DNA of 64,000 nucleotides from Deltaproteobacteria bacterium. Its GTDB lineage: Bacteria > Desulfobacterota > GWC2-55-46. The stretch is taken from the NCBI GenBank assembly GCA_016212705.1, contig JACREU010000081.1, positions 19,629 to 83,628 on the forward strand, written 5' to 3'. Below the pieces are notes generated by a model, which worked only from the letters and a program-made list of their open reading frames with translations, did not search any database and was not told where the DNA came from. This document shows, one piece after another, positions 33,949-44,764 of this stretch. Within the stretch, counting starts at the first letter, position 1. Every line of letters starts with the position of its first letter. Both the position numbers and the translations under genes were made by a program.

Positions 33949-35469
33949 ATGGAAGACAAAAAAAGAGGCTTCGGGTTCAAGACGCTCCTGCTGGTCGCCT
34001 TCGTATCGATAATCGCGGGGATCGCGTTTACCGCGCGGCTCGACCTCACGAACCAGACGACGGCCCAGAACTTCTGGAAAGAGCCCGAAAACGCCGTCAA
34101 AGCGACGGCCGAGGCGGTCCAGACGGCCCCCAGGGGGGACTTCGTGGACCTCGCAAAGAGGCTCTCGCCCGTGGTCGTGAACATCTCGACGACGCAGGTG
34201 ATGAAGGAGAGGCCGATGATGCCCTTCCCCGAGTTCAAGGGCCCCTTTGACGACTTTTTCGGCGGAGACGACTTCAACAAGTTCCTCGACAACCAGCCCC
34301 GCAAGGAGTTGAAGAGGCAGTCGCTCGGCTCCGGCTTCATATTGAACAAGGAAGGCTACATACTCACCAACCAGCACGTAATAGAGAACGCGACCGAGAT
34401 ACTCGTAACGCTCACATCCGATAAAAAGGAGTACAAGGCGCAGGTCGTCGGGCAGGACCAGAAGCTCGACATAGCGCTTATCAAGATAAATGCGGACGGC
34501 GCCCTGCCGGTAGCGACCGTCGGGAACTCCGACGATATCCAGATAGGCGAGTGGGTGCTCGCCATCGGCAACCCCTTCGGCCTCGGCGGCTCCGTGACCG
34601 CGGGTATTGTAAGCCAGAAGGGCAGGATAATCGGCGCGGGGCCGTATGACAACTTCATACAGACCGACGCCTCCATCAACCCCGGCAACTCCGGCGGCCC
34701 GCTCTTCAACATGAAGGGCGAGGTCGTGGGCCTGAACACCGCGATCATCGCGGGCGGCCAGGGCATAGGTTTCGCGACCCCCATCAACATGGCAAAGGAA
34801 GTCATCCTGCAATTGAAGGAGTTCGGCAAGGTGACGAGGGGCTGGATAGGCGTCTCCATTCAGGAGCTGACGCCGGAGCTCGCCGCGTCCTTCGGGTTGA
34901 AGGACTCCAAGGGCGTGCTCATCTCATCCGTCACGCCGGGCGATCCGGCTGACAAGGCGGGGCTCCGGGCCGGGGACATAATAATCGCGTTTGACGGAAA
35001 GTCGATAGCCGAGATAAGCGATCTGCCGAGGACCGTCGCCTCGACCCAGCCGGGCAGGAACGTGGAAGTGCGCGTCGTAAGGGACGGCGCCGAGAAGACA
35101 TACTTCGTAAGGGTCGGCACAAAGATGGATGAGGAGCCGGTCGAGACCGCTATTGAAGAAGATAAGGACGGGGCGCTGGATAAGCGTCTCGGCATCTCTG
35201 TCCAGCCCATTACCCCGGAGCTCGCCAGAAGGCTCGGCATCACGGAAACAGAAGGGGTGATCGTCAGCTCGGTAAAGCAGGAGAGCCCCTCGGCCATCGC
35301 GGGGATAAGGCGCGGCGACGTCATCAAGGAGATAGACCGGAGACCCGTAAAGAACATGCGCGATTACAGCAAGGCCGTTAAGGACGCAGAGAAGCACGAC
35401 GTCGCGCTATTCCTCATAATGAGGGGAAATAACACCATCTACGTGGTTGTGAAGCTCAAGGGGCAGTAA
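33949..35469 (+). CDS. htrA: DegP/HtrA-family periplasmic serine endoprotease with two PDZ domains
   Basis: 506 aa with an N-terminal TM/signal, a trypsin-like core (catalytic TNQHV, DIALIK, GNSGGPLF), and two PDZ segments. Confidence 0.92.
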   Translation: MEDKKRGFGFKTLLLVAFVSIIAGIAFTARLDLTNQTTAQNFWKEPENAVKATAEAVQTAPRGDFVDLAKRLSPVVVNISTTQVMKERPMMPFPEFKGPFDDFFGGDDFNKFLDNQPRKELKRQSLGSGFILNKEGYILTNQHVIENATEILVTLTSDKKEYKAQVVGQDQKLDIALIKINADGALPVATVGNSDDIQIGEWVLAIGNPFGLGGSVTAGIVSQKGRIIGAGPYDNFIQTDASINPGNSGGPLFNMKGEVVGLNTAIIAGGQGIGFATPINMAKEVILQLKEFGKVTRGWIGVSIQELTPELAASFGLKDSKGVLISSVTPGDPADKAGLRAGDIIIAFDGKSIAEISDLPRTVASTQPGRNVEVRVVRDGAEKTYFVRVGTKMDEEPVETAIEEDKDGALDKRLGISVQPITPELARRLGITETEGVIVSSVKQESPSAIAGIRRGDVIKEIDRRPVKNMRDYSKAVKDAEKHDVALFLIMRGNNTIYVVVKLKGQ

Positions 35470-35499
35470 GCCCCGCAAGCCTCCGGACCGGAGCGGATT

Positions 35500-36105
35500 T
35501 TGGCGGCATACATAGTGGCCCTTACAGGGGCGAGCGGCGCTCTTTACGGGGTGAGGCTCATATCCGAACTGATGAAGAGGGGGGACGATTGCGAAGTCAT
35601 CGTCTCCCCTTCGGGTTTTCTGCTTTTAAAGGAAGAGCTCGGGATAGAACCCGAAAAGGCCCTTCAATCGATTAAGGCATTGGCTTTAAAGGGCGCGGGC
35701 AACAAAAAACTCAAGGGCTCTTTGAAGCTCCTCCCCCACGACGACCTCGCGGCCTCGGCCGCAAGCGGCTCAGCGCTCAAAAAGACGATGATAATATGCC
35801 CGTGCTCCATGGGCACGCTCGCGCGCATTGCGGCGGGTATTTCCGGAAACCTCATAGAGCGTGCGGCCGACTGCGTCATGAAGGAGCGCGGCACGCTCGT
35901 CCTCGTGCCGAGGGAGACGCCGCTCAGCTCCATACACCTTGAGAACATGCTGAAACTCTCTCGCGCAGGCGCCGTGATACTCCCGGCGATGCCGGCCTTT
36001 TATCAGAAGCCGGCTACGATAGACGACATGGCGGACTTCATCGTCGGCAAGGTCCTCGACGTCCTCGGCATCGAGAACAGCCTCTATAAAAGGTGGAAAA
36101 AATAG
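35500..36105 (+). CDS. ubiX: Flavin prenyltransferase UbiX
   Basis: IVALTGASGALYGVRLISEL, CPCSMGTLARIAAGIS, LVPRETPLSSIHLENMLKLSRAGAVILP. TTG start at 35500 (alternative GTG 35515). Confidence 0.85.
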   Translation: MAAYIVALTGASGALYGVRLISELMKRGDDCEVIVSPSGFLLLKEELGIEPEKALQSIKALALKGAGNKKLKGSLKLLPHDDLAASAASGSALKKTMIICPCSMGTLARIAAGISGNLIERAADCVMKERGTLVLVPRETPLSSIHLENMLKLSRAGAVILPAMPAFYQKPATIDDMADFIVGKVLDVLGIENSLYKRWKK

Positions 36106-36190
36106 TTTTTTTAAATTATATTGTCCTCCGTTGAACTCCCCTCTTTATTAAAGATGGGTGGGGGGAGATTATTGGAATTGATAACCATCA

Positions 36191-36571
36191 ACTGTCATTC
36201 CCGCATAAAACTCCCCCTCCCTTGATGGGGATCAAGGGGTGATTCGGTGAGTGAAAAGAAATACGACCTCCCCTTGCCCCTCCTTGGTAAGGAGGGGATT
36301 TGAGACGGCCGGCCGGAGGGGTGCAGATTTTATCTCCTCCCCTTAACAAGGGGAGGTTGGGAGGGGTCGTCTTGACCTTCCGCCCTATTGGTAATTACGC
36401 TGTCATTCCCGCGCGTTTCAAGCGGGAATCCAGTGGTAGCGGGAGCAAAGCCGCATACGAGAAAAACATATTGGGGCTTCTCCTTTTACTTCCCCTCCCT
36501 TGATGGGAGGGGAACGAGGGGAGGGTGAAAAAAGTCCCCTCACGCCGGCCCTCTCCCACAAGAAGAGAGGG
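36191..36571. repeat. Array of at least six short GC hairpin modules in the ubiX-serS spacer
   Basis: Perfect stems: 36219-36226/36231-36238 (cccttgat), 36277-36285/36289-36297 (cccctcctt), 36336-36344/36348-36356 (cctcccctt), 36405-36412/36422-36429 (attcccgc), 36491-36499/36505-36513 (tcccctccc), 36549-36555/36565-36571 (ccctctc). Confidence 0.8.
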
Positions 36572-36586
36572 GACTATTGATTCTGA

Positions 36587-37894
<1,308 letters not shown>

Positions 37895-37921
37895 ATTAAA
37901 TTGAGGCCGCACTACCTGACC

Positions 37922-37944
37922 TCCCCTCCCTTGATGGGAGGGGA
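37922..37944. repeat. CCCCTCCC/GGGAGGGG hairpin module after serS
   Basis: tcccctccc-ttgat-gggagggga is identical to the module at 36491-36513. The aggggagggtga block and a ~90-bp repeat copy follow it. Confidence 0.8.
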
Positions 37945-37960
37945 CAGAGGGGAGGGTGAC

Positions 37961-38050
37961 TGCTCGGCGCAGGGCCAATTTCAAATCGGGCGGTTTGAGG
38001 TTCATTGAAGCTAAGCCGTCCGTTGTGATTCTGCCAGCCCGGCGAGGGCT
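37961..38050 (+). repeat. Copy of ~90-bp dispersed repeat family
   Basis: tgctcggcgcagggccaattt...ctgccagcccggcgagggc. Confidence 0.65.
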
Positions 38051-38137
38051 TCATCCGCCCTTATAAAAAACAAATCCCATCGAATAAATACCGGGGGCTC
38101 AACGCCCCTTTTCCCGCCCCGCCACAATCAGGACAAC

Positions 38138-38222
38138 GGAGGGTTAGGCTAATGGTAAGTCACTGGTCTTGAAAACCAGCGGGCTAACGCCCTTGGGGGT
38201 TCGAGTCCCTCACCCTCCGCCA
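38138..38222 (+). tRNA. tRNA-Ser (anticodon UGA)
   Basis: Manual cloverleaf: acceptor GGAGGGT/ACCCTCC, anticodon stem CTGGT/ACCAG with loop CTTGAAA (UGA), long variable arm GGGC-taac-GCCC, T-loop TTCGAGT, and encoded CCA. Confidence 0.85.
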
Positions 38223-38269
38223 GATTTTCTTCAGCAAAGTAGTCGGGTTGCGCTACTAACCCATCCGGA

Positions 38270-38857
38270 CTAGTCTCTATTTAAGTTTAGCCAATAAATG
38301 TCATCGAATTGCACTGGAGTTATTTGCCCTCTATGTTTTTCGCGGATGAATCTATCCACGAGACCCCGAAATATACGATATCCCTCCTTATCGACAGCCG
38401 CTATATTAGCGGGCCAAGGCTGAAGAGCGTCGGGGTATTTTTTTCTAAACATGATCATCATAGGGTTATCTACTGCTGAATGAAGGAATCTCGAGATATT
38501 TCGAGATTCTATGCAGTTGGGCAAGTGGCAGTAATAAACGATGAGCTTTAGAGCAACGTTCAAGGTTTTCGCAATCTGGCCGTAACTTGCTGGCGCGCCA
38601 TTAGCTCTCCTGTTTTGTTTTATTTTTTTGACAACCCTTTGGCAAAAATCAGAATGAATTTTGTCAAAATCTTTCTGTGTTTTACAAACAAAAATGTTGG
38701 GTACAATTTGTTCTAAGCTTTTACAAAAACAAGCTTTTGCACCACGTTCCAATACTCTTTGCATCCCAGAGAACGCAAAACCAGCTTCGAGTATATTTTT
38801 GAGTCTAGCCTCCGCTGTGTTGCACATAGCCTCACCTGTGTCGATATTTATTTTCAT
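38270..38857 (-). CDS. Hypothetical protein in an AT-rich insertion
   Basis: 195-aa ORF in visibly AT-richer DNA than its flanks, with codon usage unlike the neighbours. I recognise no motif. The start may be the internal MCNTAEARL. Confidence 0.5.
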   Translation of the reverse strand: MKINIDTGEAMCNTAEARLKNILEAGFAFSGMQRVLERGAKACFCKSLEQIVPNIFVCKTQKDFDKIHSDFCQRVVKKIKQNRRANGAPASYGQIAKTLNVALKLIVYYCHLPNCIESRNISRFLHSAVDNPMMIMFRKKYPDALQPWPANIAAVDKEGYRIFRGLVDRFIREKHRGQITPVQFDDIYWLNLNRD

Positions 38858-38896
38858 GCTTTACAAAGAGAAGAAGGTTCGCTCTCCCGTGGCCTT

Positions 38897-39080
38897 TCAC
38901 CTCTTGAACAGTCTCAACTGAGCTTGCGCCTGCGGGTATCCCGAGCGAGGCCGCCTTTTTGGACGAGGCCGTTGCAAACCCCGTATCCCCTTTCTTCAAG
39001 TAAGAGAGTCCGAGGTTATAGTGCGCGGCCGCATCGTCTGGCTTCATGCTTACGGCCGGGCTGAAGTCCTCTGCGGTCCG
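38897..39080 (-). pseudogene. Truncated, frameshifted relic of a TMTC-like GT-C/TPR gene (last ~60 codons only)
   Basis: Aligns to the 3' end of the gene at 41137: 22 nt are identical (38914-38935 vs 41154-41175) and AAHYNLGLSYLKKGD matches TAHYNLGLAYIKTGD. One extra C (ataCCCgcagg vs ctgCCgcagg) shifts the frame. The ancestral-frame stop is at 38897-38899. Confidence 0.6.
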
Positions 39081-39108
39081 GCGCATGTCTGCCGGGCTGT
39101 AAAATCAT

Positions 39109-40767
39109 CTACCGTCTTCTTCTGTATATCTGGATGTTGTTGCCCGGCCGGGGCTTGTAATTCAAGACATCCGCGTCCCACCTGTACACGGTCCGGTCCT
39201 CGAAGATCTCGATCAATCCGACCAGTTCGAAGTCCCTCCTGTAATCGTTAAACCAAGTAAAGATAAAGCGCTCAGAGCCGGGCCTTACGAGCCAGGATAA
39301 GTTGTTATTGATGAAAACAACATATGCGGGGCCGGCCGCCTCTATATCTGACGCCATCTCCTTTTGCATCTGTTTGGCGTAGGGCTGCAGCTCCATCAGG
39401 GGATAGGTATATATGTACCTGGTGGCTGAGCGTCTGTCTGAGTAGAAATATATCTGCGGCTCCGAACCTATTACCGCGATCTTTTCCTCCGGCGAGGTGT
39501 TTTTCCTTATGTATTCAGCCACCTCCAGGGATTCCGGAAAAGGGTTCGGGCCATAGGTCTTGCGCGTGACCTCGTACGGAGTGGAATAGAAGAGAATATC
39601 GCGTTGAGCGTTCAGGGCGTAGAGGAGGGACGAGACGACCAGCAGGGCAACGACGGTCTTTCCGGCCATTGGGCCCGCGTACTTCGACACGACTCTCCCC
39701 GCCGAACTCAGGCCGGCCCCGGCTGATACGGCCGCCGCCGGGAGGAGGAATTGAAAATAGTGGGAACGGAAGAAGAAGCCGGGCATTATGGCGGCGAATG
39801 ACGCAAGGGCGAACAGGGAGACGAAGAGCCATCTGCGGCGGGTCGCCTTGTCCCATAAAGGTGAGCAAAGACCGAAAAGGGCCAAGACCCACACCGGCAA
39901 TGACTCGGCCACGATACCCGTCATTTCATTTTCAAGATTCACAAGCCCCGCTGATAAAGTCGTCATCGACACATATGTCTGCGCGTAGGTGAAGATCCAG
40001 AACCAGAACTTGTCGAAGGCCCCGAGGAGGTAAAGGGTTCCGCAGGCAAGGAGCAACGGGAGCGCGGCCCCGGCCGCGAGAATGGTCAACCTTGAAAACA
40101 GCGCTACGGCCCCGGCCGTTTTTTTACAGGTTAAGAGCAGGAACGCGGCGGTAGCGGCTGTAAAGACAAAGCCGTGCTGTTTGATTGTGAAGGCCGTCCC
40201 GAGGAGGATGCCGCTTATGAACAAAAGCCTTTTGTTGTCTTCGTCCGTGGCGCGCACAAAGGCGTAAAGACCGGCTACGGCATGGAGAATGACGAAGTGC
40301 TCCGTGTTGGCGAAAAGGCCGTCAACCGTAGAGCTCATTGAAATCACCGCGAAGAAGCTTGCGGCCGCGACCGCTGGAAAATTGCCGTAAAGCCTTCTGG
40401 CAAGCAGGAACAGGAAAAAGATCGTGGACCCGTTTATTGCAAGAAGGCCCGTGTGGACCCCGGCCTGGGTCTGGCCGAAAAAAAAGATTATCGCCGCGTA
40501 GATGGCGTAAAGGCCGGGCATACGCATGTCATAGGCTTCAACGTACGGCGGGATGCCGTCGAGGATGAGCTGGGCGATGTACGCGTAAACGCCCTCGTCG
40601 CGCTCAAGAGGGGCGCTTGCGAGACGAAGGCGGACAAAGGCCGTAAAGACGATTACAAGGAATAGGGCGCCCCAGGCAAGGTAAGACCGCGATGGAGGGC
40701 CTTCTGGTCCATGGGAAGGGGAGGGGGTAAAATTACTCGCTCTATCTCTCTTGCCGTACGCGGACAT
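39109..40767 (-). CDS. ArnT/PMT-like GT-C family membrane glycosyltransferase
   Basis: 552 aa with about 11 TM segments, a first-loop acidic motif (APLERDEGVYAY), and a C-terminal soluble domain. Confidence 0.7.
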   Translation of the reverse strand: MSAYGKRDRASNFTPSPSHGPEGPPSRSYLAWGALFLVIVFTAFVRLRLASAPLERDEGVYAYIAQLILDGIPPYVEAYDMRMPGLYAIYAAIIFFFGQTQAGVHTGLLAINGSTIFFLFLLARRLYGNFPAVAAASFFAVISMSSTVDGLFANTEHFVILHAVAGLYAFVRATDEDNKRLLFISGILLGTAFTIKQHGFVFTAATAAFLLLTCKKTAGAVALFSRLTILAAGAALPLLLACGTLYLLGAFDKFWFWIFTYAQTYVSMTTLSAGLVNLENEMTGIVAESLPVWVLALFGLCSPLWDKATRRRWLFVSLFALASFAAIMPGFFFRSHYFQFLLPAAAVSAGAGLSSAGRVVSKYAGPMAGKTVVALLVVSSLLYALNAQRDILFYSTPYEVTRKTYGPNPFPESLEVAEYIRKNTSPEEKIAVIGSEPQIYFYSDRRSATRYIYTYPLMELQPYAKQMQKEMASDIEAAGPAYVVFINNNLSWLVRPGSERFIFTWFNDYRRDFELVGLIEIFEDRTVYRWDADVLNYKPRPGNNIQIYRRRR

Positions 40768-40871
40768 AAGCTCACTGGATTTCCGGGGTATTATGGGGAG
40801 GGGGCAACGCCGGTTTAGCCCTGTTTTTCAGGCCTTTCACTCAAGCATTTCAAAAATCAGGGCGCTATCGC

Positions 40872-40900
40872 ATTGTATGACGCTTACGGGGCCTTGTCAA
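40872..40900 (-). promoter_or_regulatory. Sigma-70-type promoter of the ArnT-like gene
   Basis: The minus strand reads TTGACA (40900-40895), a 17-nt spacer, then TACAAT (40877-40872). Confidence 0.6.
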
Positions 40901-41053
40901 TCATGTAGCGCGAAGGAGGATTAGAAGCCCTTTTTACGTCAGGTCGCGGTATCCGTCCTTGTGATAGGGGAAAGGTACTTGACCCTTAACCTCAAAAAAG
41001 GCTTCTCGACAACATTATACGATATCGCTGAAAGGATCAGGGTAAGCGGGAAT

Positions 41054-41080
41054 ACAAGGGTGCGCTCAGCGCACCCTTGT
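41054..41080. terminator. 12-bp perfect hairpin 3' of the TMTC-like gene pair
   Basis: acaagggtgcgc-tca-gcgcacccttgt. There is no clear T tract. Confidence 0.45.
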
Positions 41081-41136
41081 AAATTGGGGATGGGGCTATG
41101 TTCATTTATCAAAGAGAGTCGCTTGGGGCTTAAGCC

Positions 41137-43014
41137 TTACCTCCCGAGCAGTTTCAACTGAGCTTGCGCCTGCGGCAGGCCGAGCGAGGCCGCGCTCCTG
41201 AAATGCGAGATCGCGGCCTCCATATCGCCTGTCTTTATGTACGCGAGGCCCAGGTTGTAGTGCGCTGTTGGCTCGGAGGGCGCGAGCTCTATCGAAGTAT
41301 TAAAGTCCTTTATGGCGTTTTTAAAGTCGCCTGTTCTTAAGTACGCCCCGCCCCTGTTGTTGTAGGCCCCGGCGAAAGACGGGTCTGCCTCTATTGTCCG
41401 GGTAAAGTCGGCGACGGCTTCGGCGTTCATGCCGAGCGCCTTGTAGGCTATCCCGCGGTTAAAAAAGCCCTTTGCCGCCGTTGACGCGTCTAAACTTATA
41501 GACTCGGTAAGGTCCTTGACCGCCTTTTCGTACTCCCCGATATTGATGAAGACCACACCCCTGTTCCCGTAGAGCTCCGGGACCCGCGGGTTCAGTCTTA
41601 TCGCGGTCGAGAGGTCGTCGAGCGCCTCATCCATACGCCCCATCCTTAAATAAGTCGCCCCCCTGTTCCCGTAGGCCTCGGCGTAGCCGGGGTCTATCTC
41701 TATCGCCCTCTCGTAGTTCGCAACGGCCCTGTCAAGCTCGCCCCTGTCCTTATAGGCGAGCCCCAGGTTCGACCACCCTATGGGCGCTTCATCCGGGTAG
41801 ACGGCGACCTCGCGGGACCAGAGGCTTACGGAGTCCCTCCAGACGGCAATCTGCCTTATGGTGAGCGCGCCGAGCACAAGGGCAAATATCAAGGCGAACG
41901 CGGTCGCTACGCCCTTGTGCCTGTTGGATATCCACCCGATGCCTGCCGCTGTCAGCATAAAGGGCGCGAGGCCGGGGATGTACGTGTACCTGTCTGCCGC
42001 GGCCTGCGACCCTACCTGTATGATGCCGATGACAGGGGAGAGCGTCACGAGATAAAAGAGCATAAGCGCCAGCGGGAGCCGCGATTTCTTGAGAAACAAT
42101 ATCGAGACCGCGGTAATCGCGATGATGAGCGCGAAAGAGGAGGCGTACTCGATGCCGAAAAAGGACGGCGCGAGGTCGCGCGGGTAAAACGGCGCGAGGT
42201 TTATCGGGATTATCGTCTTGTAGATATAGAAGGCGAGCGCCCTTATGGCCACGAGGACCCTCGAACCCATTGGATGGTAGTCAAGGGAAGCTATGGCGTT
42301 GTCGGAGCCCTGGGCCCAGACGGTGACGCCGGCGAATATTATGGACATGGCGAAGTAAGGGACCTTTTCGACGAGCGCCTTTTTAACGCCTGCCTTAAAG
42401 CCGTTAAGCGGATAGAAGTCCATTATGAGGAGGACGGCCGGGAGCGTTATCGACATCGGTTTTCCCATGACTGAGAGCGCGAACAATAATAAAGAGCCGA
42501 TGTACGGGAGGGGCTTCGAGGTCTTTTTATAATTCAGATAGGAGATAATGCTTAAGAAGAAGAAGAAGGCGCTCAATACGTCTTTTCTCTCCGACACCCA
42601 GGCGACGGACTCGACATGGAGCGGGTGCAACCCGAAGAGGAGCGCAAGCGTTGCCCCGGTAAAAAGCGATGGACGCTCGTCAGAGCCGGCCCTTTCCGTG
42701 AGTCTTGCTCCGAGTATCCCGACAAGGAAGGTGTTTGCCGCGTGAATTACAATGTTCGAGAGGTGATAGCCGAACGGGTCCTGACCCCATATCGACCAGT
42801 CTGCCATATAGGAGAGCATGGTAAGCGGGTGCCAGTTTCCTACTACTACGGCGGATAAGAGCCATTTGAGGTCGAATGCGCGGATGTTATGGTTCTCGTA
42901 GACATACACATGGTCGTCCCAGTTGACGAAACCGTTTCCCAGGGCGGGGAGATAGACGAGGAGGGCCAAGAGCGCGACTCCGCCGTATACGATGTAAGGG
43001 GTCCTCCTGCTCAC
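41137..43014 (-). CDS. TMTC-like GT-C glycosyltransferase with C-terminal TPR repeats (paralogue 1)
   Basis: 625 aa, GTG start overlapping the upstream stop (GTGA). FVNWDDH first-loop motif, DUF1736-type block HPLHVESVAWVSERKDVLSAFFF, about 10 TM segments, then about 7 TPR units. Confidence 0.8.
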   Translation of the reverse strand: MSRRTPYIVYGGVALLALLVYLPALGNGFVNWDDHVYVYENHNIRAFDLKWLLSAVVVGNWHPLTMLSYMADWSIWGQDPFGYHLSNIVIHAANTFLVGILGARLTERAGSDERPSLFTGATLALLFGLHPLHVESVAWVSERKDVLSAFFFFLSIISYLNYKKTSKPLPYIGSLLLFALSVMGKPMSITLPAVLLIMDFYPLNGFKAGVKKALVEKVPYFAMSIIFAGVTVWAQGSDNAIASLDYHPMGSRVLVAIRALAFYIYKTIIPINLAPFYPRDLAPSFFGIEYASSFALIIAITAVSILFLKKSRLPLALMLFYLVTLSPVIGIIQVGSQAAADRYTYIPGLAPFMLTAAGIGWISNRHKGVATAFALIFALVLGALTIRQIAVWRDSVSLWSREVAVYPDEAPIGWSNLGLAYKDRGELDRAVANYERAIEIDPGYAEAYGNRGATYLRMGRMDEALDDLSTAIRLNPRVPELYGNRGVVFINIGEYEKAVKDLTESISLDASTAAKGFFNRGIAYKALGMNAEAVADFTRTIEADPSFAGAYNNRGGAYLRTGDFKNAIKDFNTSIELAPSEPTAHYNLGLAYIKTGDMEAAISHFRSAASLGLPQAQAQLKLLGR

Positions 43015-44720
43015 TGCGCGCCCTCCATGAGGTAACGGTCCGCTTCCTTTACCCCGAGGTACGAGGCCCTCCGGAAGCTCTCGTCGGCCAGCTCCCTTTC
43101 GCCTGTACGGAGATAAACCTCGGCGAGGCTTAGGTATGCCGGGCCATATGATGGTCTGAGCTCCGTTACCTTCTTGAAGTCCCCTATGGCGCTTGCATAA
43201 TCAGCGAGGTTCGCATACGCCACAGCCCTGTTGTGATAGGCGTCGACGTAATTGGGGTTCTGCCGTATCGCCTCAATGAGGTCTTTTATCGCATCGGTGT
43301 ACCGTCCTTGAAAGCTGTACCCCAACGCGCGGTTGTAATAGGCCTCTGCCATGTTCGGCTTTATCTCGATTGCCCGGGATAAATCCCCTATCGCCTCTTC
43401 TACCCTGCCCGCCTGCCCGAACGCTATGCCCCTGTTGGTGTAGGCTATAGGCGAGCTATCCGGGTAGAGGGCGATCGCGCGCGACCAGAGCGTCACGGAG
43501 TCCTTCCAGACGCCGATCTGCCTGATGGAGAGCCATGAGAGGGCCGAAGTTATGAGGAGTACCGCGATTATGACCGCGCTGAGCGCCTTTTTATTTCTGG
43601 AGGCGAAATACCCAGTTGCGCCGCCGATGAGTATGAAGAGCGAGAGCGACGGGATGTACGTGTATCTGTCAGCCGCGGCCTGCGACCCGACCTGGACGAG
43701 CCCGATAACAGGCAGAAGGGTGATTACATAATAGGCCCAGGTAGCAATGACGGCCTTTTTTCTTTTGAGCGTTACGAGGGCGGCAATTGATATGACTGCG
43801 AATGACATTACGGATATTATGGCCCACGGCTCAAAAATCCCGCTCCTCTCCGGCAACGGATAGAACGGCGAGAGGTCAATTGGGACACAGAGCTTGTATA
43901 TGTAGAATGCGTGCGCACTGAAGGCGACGGGTATCCTCTCAAGTAAAGGGACCGAATCAAGGGACGAGAGAGCGCCGCTCACCCTCTGCGCCCAGAGCGC
44001 GAGCGCGGCAGAGGCCCCGGCGAGGAGGAAAAAGGGAATTTTTTCGATAACGGTCTTCTTGAAAAAGCCCGCCTTGAACCTATCGAGCGGATAAAAGTCG
44101 ATTATAAGGAGGACGATGGGGAGCGAGACGGCCATCGGCTTGGAGAGGAGCGCGAGGGTGAAGGCCGCAAGAGACAGTCCGTAGCAGGCGACCCCCTTAC
44201 CGCGCGCGTACCTGATATAAAAAAGCGCGCTCAAAATGAAGAAGAACGCGCTTAATACATCCTTTCTCTCCGATACCCACGCTACGGACTCGACGTGCGC
44301 GGGGTGGAGCCCGAAGAGCGCCCCTGCCATAAGCCCTGTAATGACCGCGCCCATTCGGTCGTTCTCCTTGTAAGGATATAACGTCCAGCCGAGGAGCGCG
44401 GCGAGAAAGGCGTTAAGCGAATGTATTATCGAGTTCGTCAGATGAAACCCGAGGGGGTTTAGACCCCATATCGAGTGGTCGAGCGCAAGAGAAAGGAGCG
44501 TAGCCGGGTGCCAGTTGCCGACGACGACGGCGGTAAAGGCCCATTTGAGGTCGAGCGAGCGTATATTCGGGTTTTTGTAGACGTACCCCGGGTCGTCCCA
44601 GTTGACGAAGCCGTTTGAGAGGGACGGCAGATAGACGAGAAAGGTCAGGGCCGCGACGAGGGAAGCGGCGATGAGTATGTGTCTGCGATCTTTCAAGGCA
44701 CGCTCCTTAAAGCTTTGCAC
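43011..44720 (-). CDS. TMTC-like GT-C glycosyltransferase with C-terminal TPR repeats (paralogue 2)
   Basis: 569 aa, GTG start. FVNWDDP and HPAHVESVAWVSERKDVLSAFFF, followed by TPR units. Long stretches of DNA-level identity with paralogue 1. Confidence 0.8.
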   Translation of the reverse strand: MQSFKERALKDRRHILIAASLVAALTFLVYLPSLSNGFVNWDDPGYVYKNPNIRSLDLKWAFTAVVVGNWHPATLLSLALDHSIWGLNPLGFHLTNSIIHSLNAFLAALLGWTLYPYKENDRMGAVITGLMAGALFGLHPAHVESVAWVSERKDVLSAFFFILSALFYIRYARGKGVACYGLSLAAFTLALLSKPMAVSLPIVLLIIDFYPLDRFKAGFFKKTVIEKIPFFLLAGASAALALWAQRVSGALSSLDSVPLLERIPVAFSAHAFYIYKLCVPIDLSPFYPLPERSGIFEPWAIISVMSFAVISIAALVTLKRKKAVIATWAYYVITLLPVIGLVQVGSQAAADRYTYIPSLSLFILIGGATGYFASRNKKALSAVIIAVLLITSALSWLSIRQIGVWKDSVTLWSRAIALYPDSSPIAYTNRGIAFGQAGRVEEAIGDLSRAIEIKPNMAEAYYNRALGYSFQGRYTDAIKDLIEAIRQNPNYVDAYHNRAVAYANLADYASAIGDFKKVTELRPSYGPAYLSLAEVYLRTGERELADESFRRASYLGVKEADRYLMEGAQ

Positions 44721-44729
44721 CGGGGAGAT

Positions 44730-44757
44730 ATTTTACCTGAAAAATGCGCAGGGTCAA
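44730..44757 (-). promoter_or_regulatory. Sigma-70-type promoter close to the start of TMTC-like paralogue 2
   Basis: The minus strand reads TTGACC (44757-44752), a 16-nt spacer, then TAAAAT (44735-44730). The predicted TSS falls only a few nt before the GTG at 44720, giving a short or absent leader. Confidence 0.4.
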
Positions 44758-44764
44758 AGGGTTT

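Noticed and set aside
36300-36503. A 67-aa ORF in the ubiX-serS spacer.
   Set aside because: It is composed of translated hairpin modules (PLNKGRLGGV...LLLPLP), with no start context. The same modules occur non-coding elsewhere.
38138-38222. A possible tRNA-Sec, suggested by the long variable arm, the atypical 4-bp D-stem and the position next to serS.
   Set aside because: The anticodon loop CTTGAAA gives UGA (Ser), not UCA. The acceptor stem is 7 bp, not 8. No selA/selB or SECIS-containing gene is seen.
38860-38900. A possible att-type repeat of the tRNA-Ser(UGA) 3' end at the far side of the AT-rich insertion (aaggttcgctctcccgtggcc vs ggttcgagtccctcaccctccgcc).
   Set aside because: The similarity is limited to ggttcg plus scattered Cs, which is not distinguishable from chance by eye.
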